Virus record (IMG/VR): IMGVR_UViG_3300011989_000486
Coordinates: 4,313 to 68,312 of that record
Strand: one strand, 5' to 3'
Source of the DNA: a virus
Taxonomy: Duplodnaviria > Caudoviricetes
Length of the DNA: 64,000 nt
In this document: piece by piece, positions 63,249 through 64,000 of the stretch
Numbering within the stretch: the stretch's first letter is position 1
Layout: each line of letters starts with the position of its first letter
Made by a program: the position numbers and the translations under genes
Notes under the pieces: generated by a model
Told to the model about the DNA's origin: nothing
What the model saw: the letters and a program-made list of their open reading frames with translations, nothing else
Database searches by the model: none

Positions 63249-63779
63249 TTGATGGATAAAGCATTTAATCAGGCATTTGAACGAGTCATAGGGTCAGAAG
63301 GCTGTTTCACAGATGACCCTAAAGACCGTGGCAACTGGACTGTAGGAATCGTTGGTAAAGGCGAGCTCAAAGGAACCAAGTACGGCATTTCCGCTATGAG
63401 CTACCCGCATGAAGATATCAGGAACCTGACGTTAGACCGAGCCAAGGAGCTCTACTACAGAGACTACTGGCAGAAGCTTAACTTAGATGAGTTTATCCCT
63501 GAGCTTAGCTATCAGATATTTGATGCAGCAGTCCAGCATGGCAATGCCACAGCAGCTAAATTTCTTCAGCAAGTAGTTGGCACTATTCCTGATGGTATTT
63601 TAGGTAAATCTACTGTCAGTAAAGCCAAGTCTATGAACCAGCGTAAGCTGGTGTTCTTCTACATAGCCAACCGTCTCCGTTTCTACACCAAAATAGGAAC
63701 CTTTTCCGTTTACGGTAAAGGCTGGGTTAATCGTATGGCAGCCAATATTTCCTATGCTGCCGAAATGGAGGCTGTATGA
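63249..63779 (+). CDS. Endolysin, glycoside hydrolase family 108 with PG-binding_3 domain
   Basis: IGSEG..DDPKDRG, TKYGIS, YYRDYW, FDAAVQHG, DGILG, YGKGWVNR. Confidence 0.92.
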   Translation: MMDKAFNQAFERVIGSEGCFTDDPKDRGNWTVGIVGKGELKGTKYGISAMSYPHEDIRNLTLDRAKELYYRDYWQKLNLDEFIPELSYQIFDAAVQHGNATAAKFLQQVVGTIPDGILGKSTVSKAKSMNQRKLVFFYIANRLRFYTKIGTFSVYGKGWVNRMAANISYAAEMEAV

Positions 63780-64000
63780 GAAATTTAATTGGATTACTTA
63801 CTAATAGCCCGTTTTGGGCACTGGTATTTGTGGCTATTGCTATCTGGTCTGCTTTTGGCTTCTACGGAGCCGGGTATACCAAAGGCATTAAGTACGGTAT
63901 GGAGCTAAGTCAAGCTGAAATTGACAGGCTTCAGCTTGAGCTTCAGGCACTTCAGACTAAAACCATGAACACCTCATTCATCGTCCAGCATCCAATATAG
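63776..64000 (+). CDS. Short membrane protein resembling the N-terminus of an i-spanin
   Basis: TM helix, GYTKG motif, short coiled coil; ATGA-coupled to endolysin. Confidence 0.55.
   Translation: MRNLIGLLTNSPFWALVFVAIAIWSAFGFYGAGYTKGIKYGMELSQAEIDRLQLELQALQTKTMNTSFIVQHPI

Noticed and set aside
1-64000. tRNA genes, integrase, partition or repressor genes
   Set aside because: No cloverleaf or recombinase/ParA motifs recognised, so a temperate or carrier lifestyle remains a hypothesis only.

Overview
The window is almost a whole N4-like (Schitoviridae-type) phage genome, circularly permuted. The minus-strand left end carries tail proteins, a head-tail connector and the terminase pair. A 440-bp structured non-coding junction (about 6275-6712) is the probable genome-end region. 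The plus-strand early/middle arm holds the split T7-like RNAP1/RNAP2, an AAA+/vWA pair, RecD-like helicase, family A DNA polymerase, exonuclease, primase, Sak4-like ATPase, SSB, resolvase, ThyA and ATP ligase. The minus-strand late arm holds a giant 4716-aa virion RNA polymerase, ejection/structural genes, major capsid, portal, spanins and holin. A final plus-strand block has dUTPase, a histone-H1-like (Hc1) protein and a GH108 endolysin. Spanins imply a diderm host. The most unusual signals are: (1) a complete AT-rich PvuII-like restriction-modification cassette with no controller gene behind RNAP2, with CAGCTG apparently rare genome-wide; (2) a DUF6939/NADAR-like domain between acidic linkers inside the cysteine-containing vRNAP; (3) a TACCACTAC leader motif at near-constant distance before genes on both strands; (4) eight middle proteins ending in Ala-Ala, a ClpXP-type degron; (5) a roughly helically phased TCCAACAC x7 array and an oriC-like GATC/TA element. 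All family assignments come from motif recognition and recall, not database searches. I saw no tRNA, CRISPR array, integrase or reverse transcriptase.
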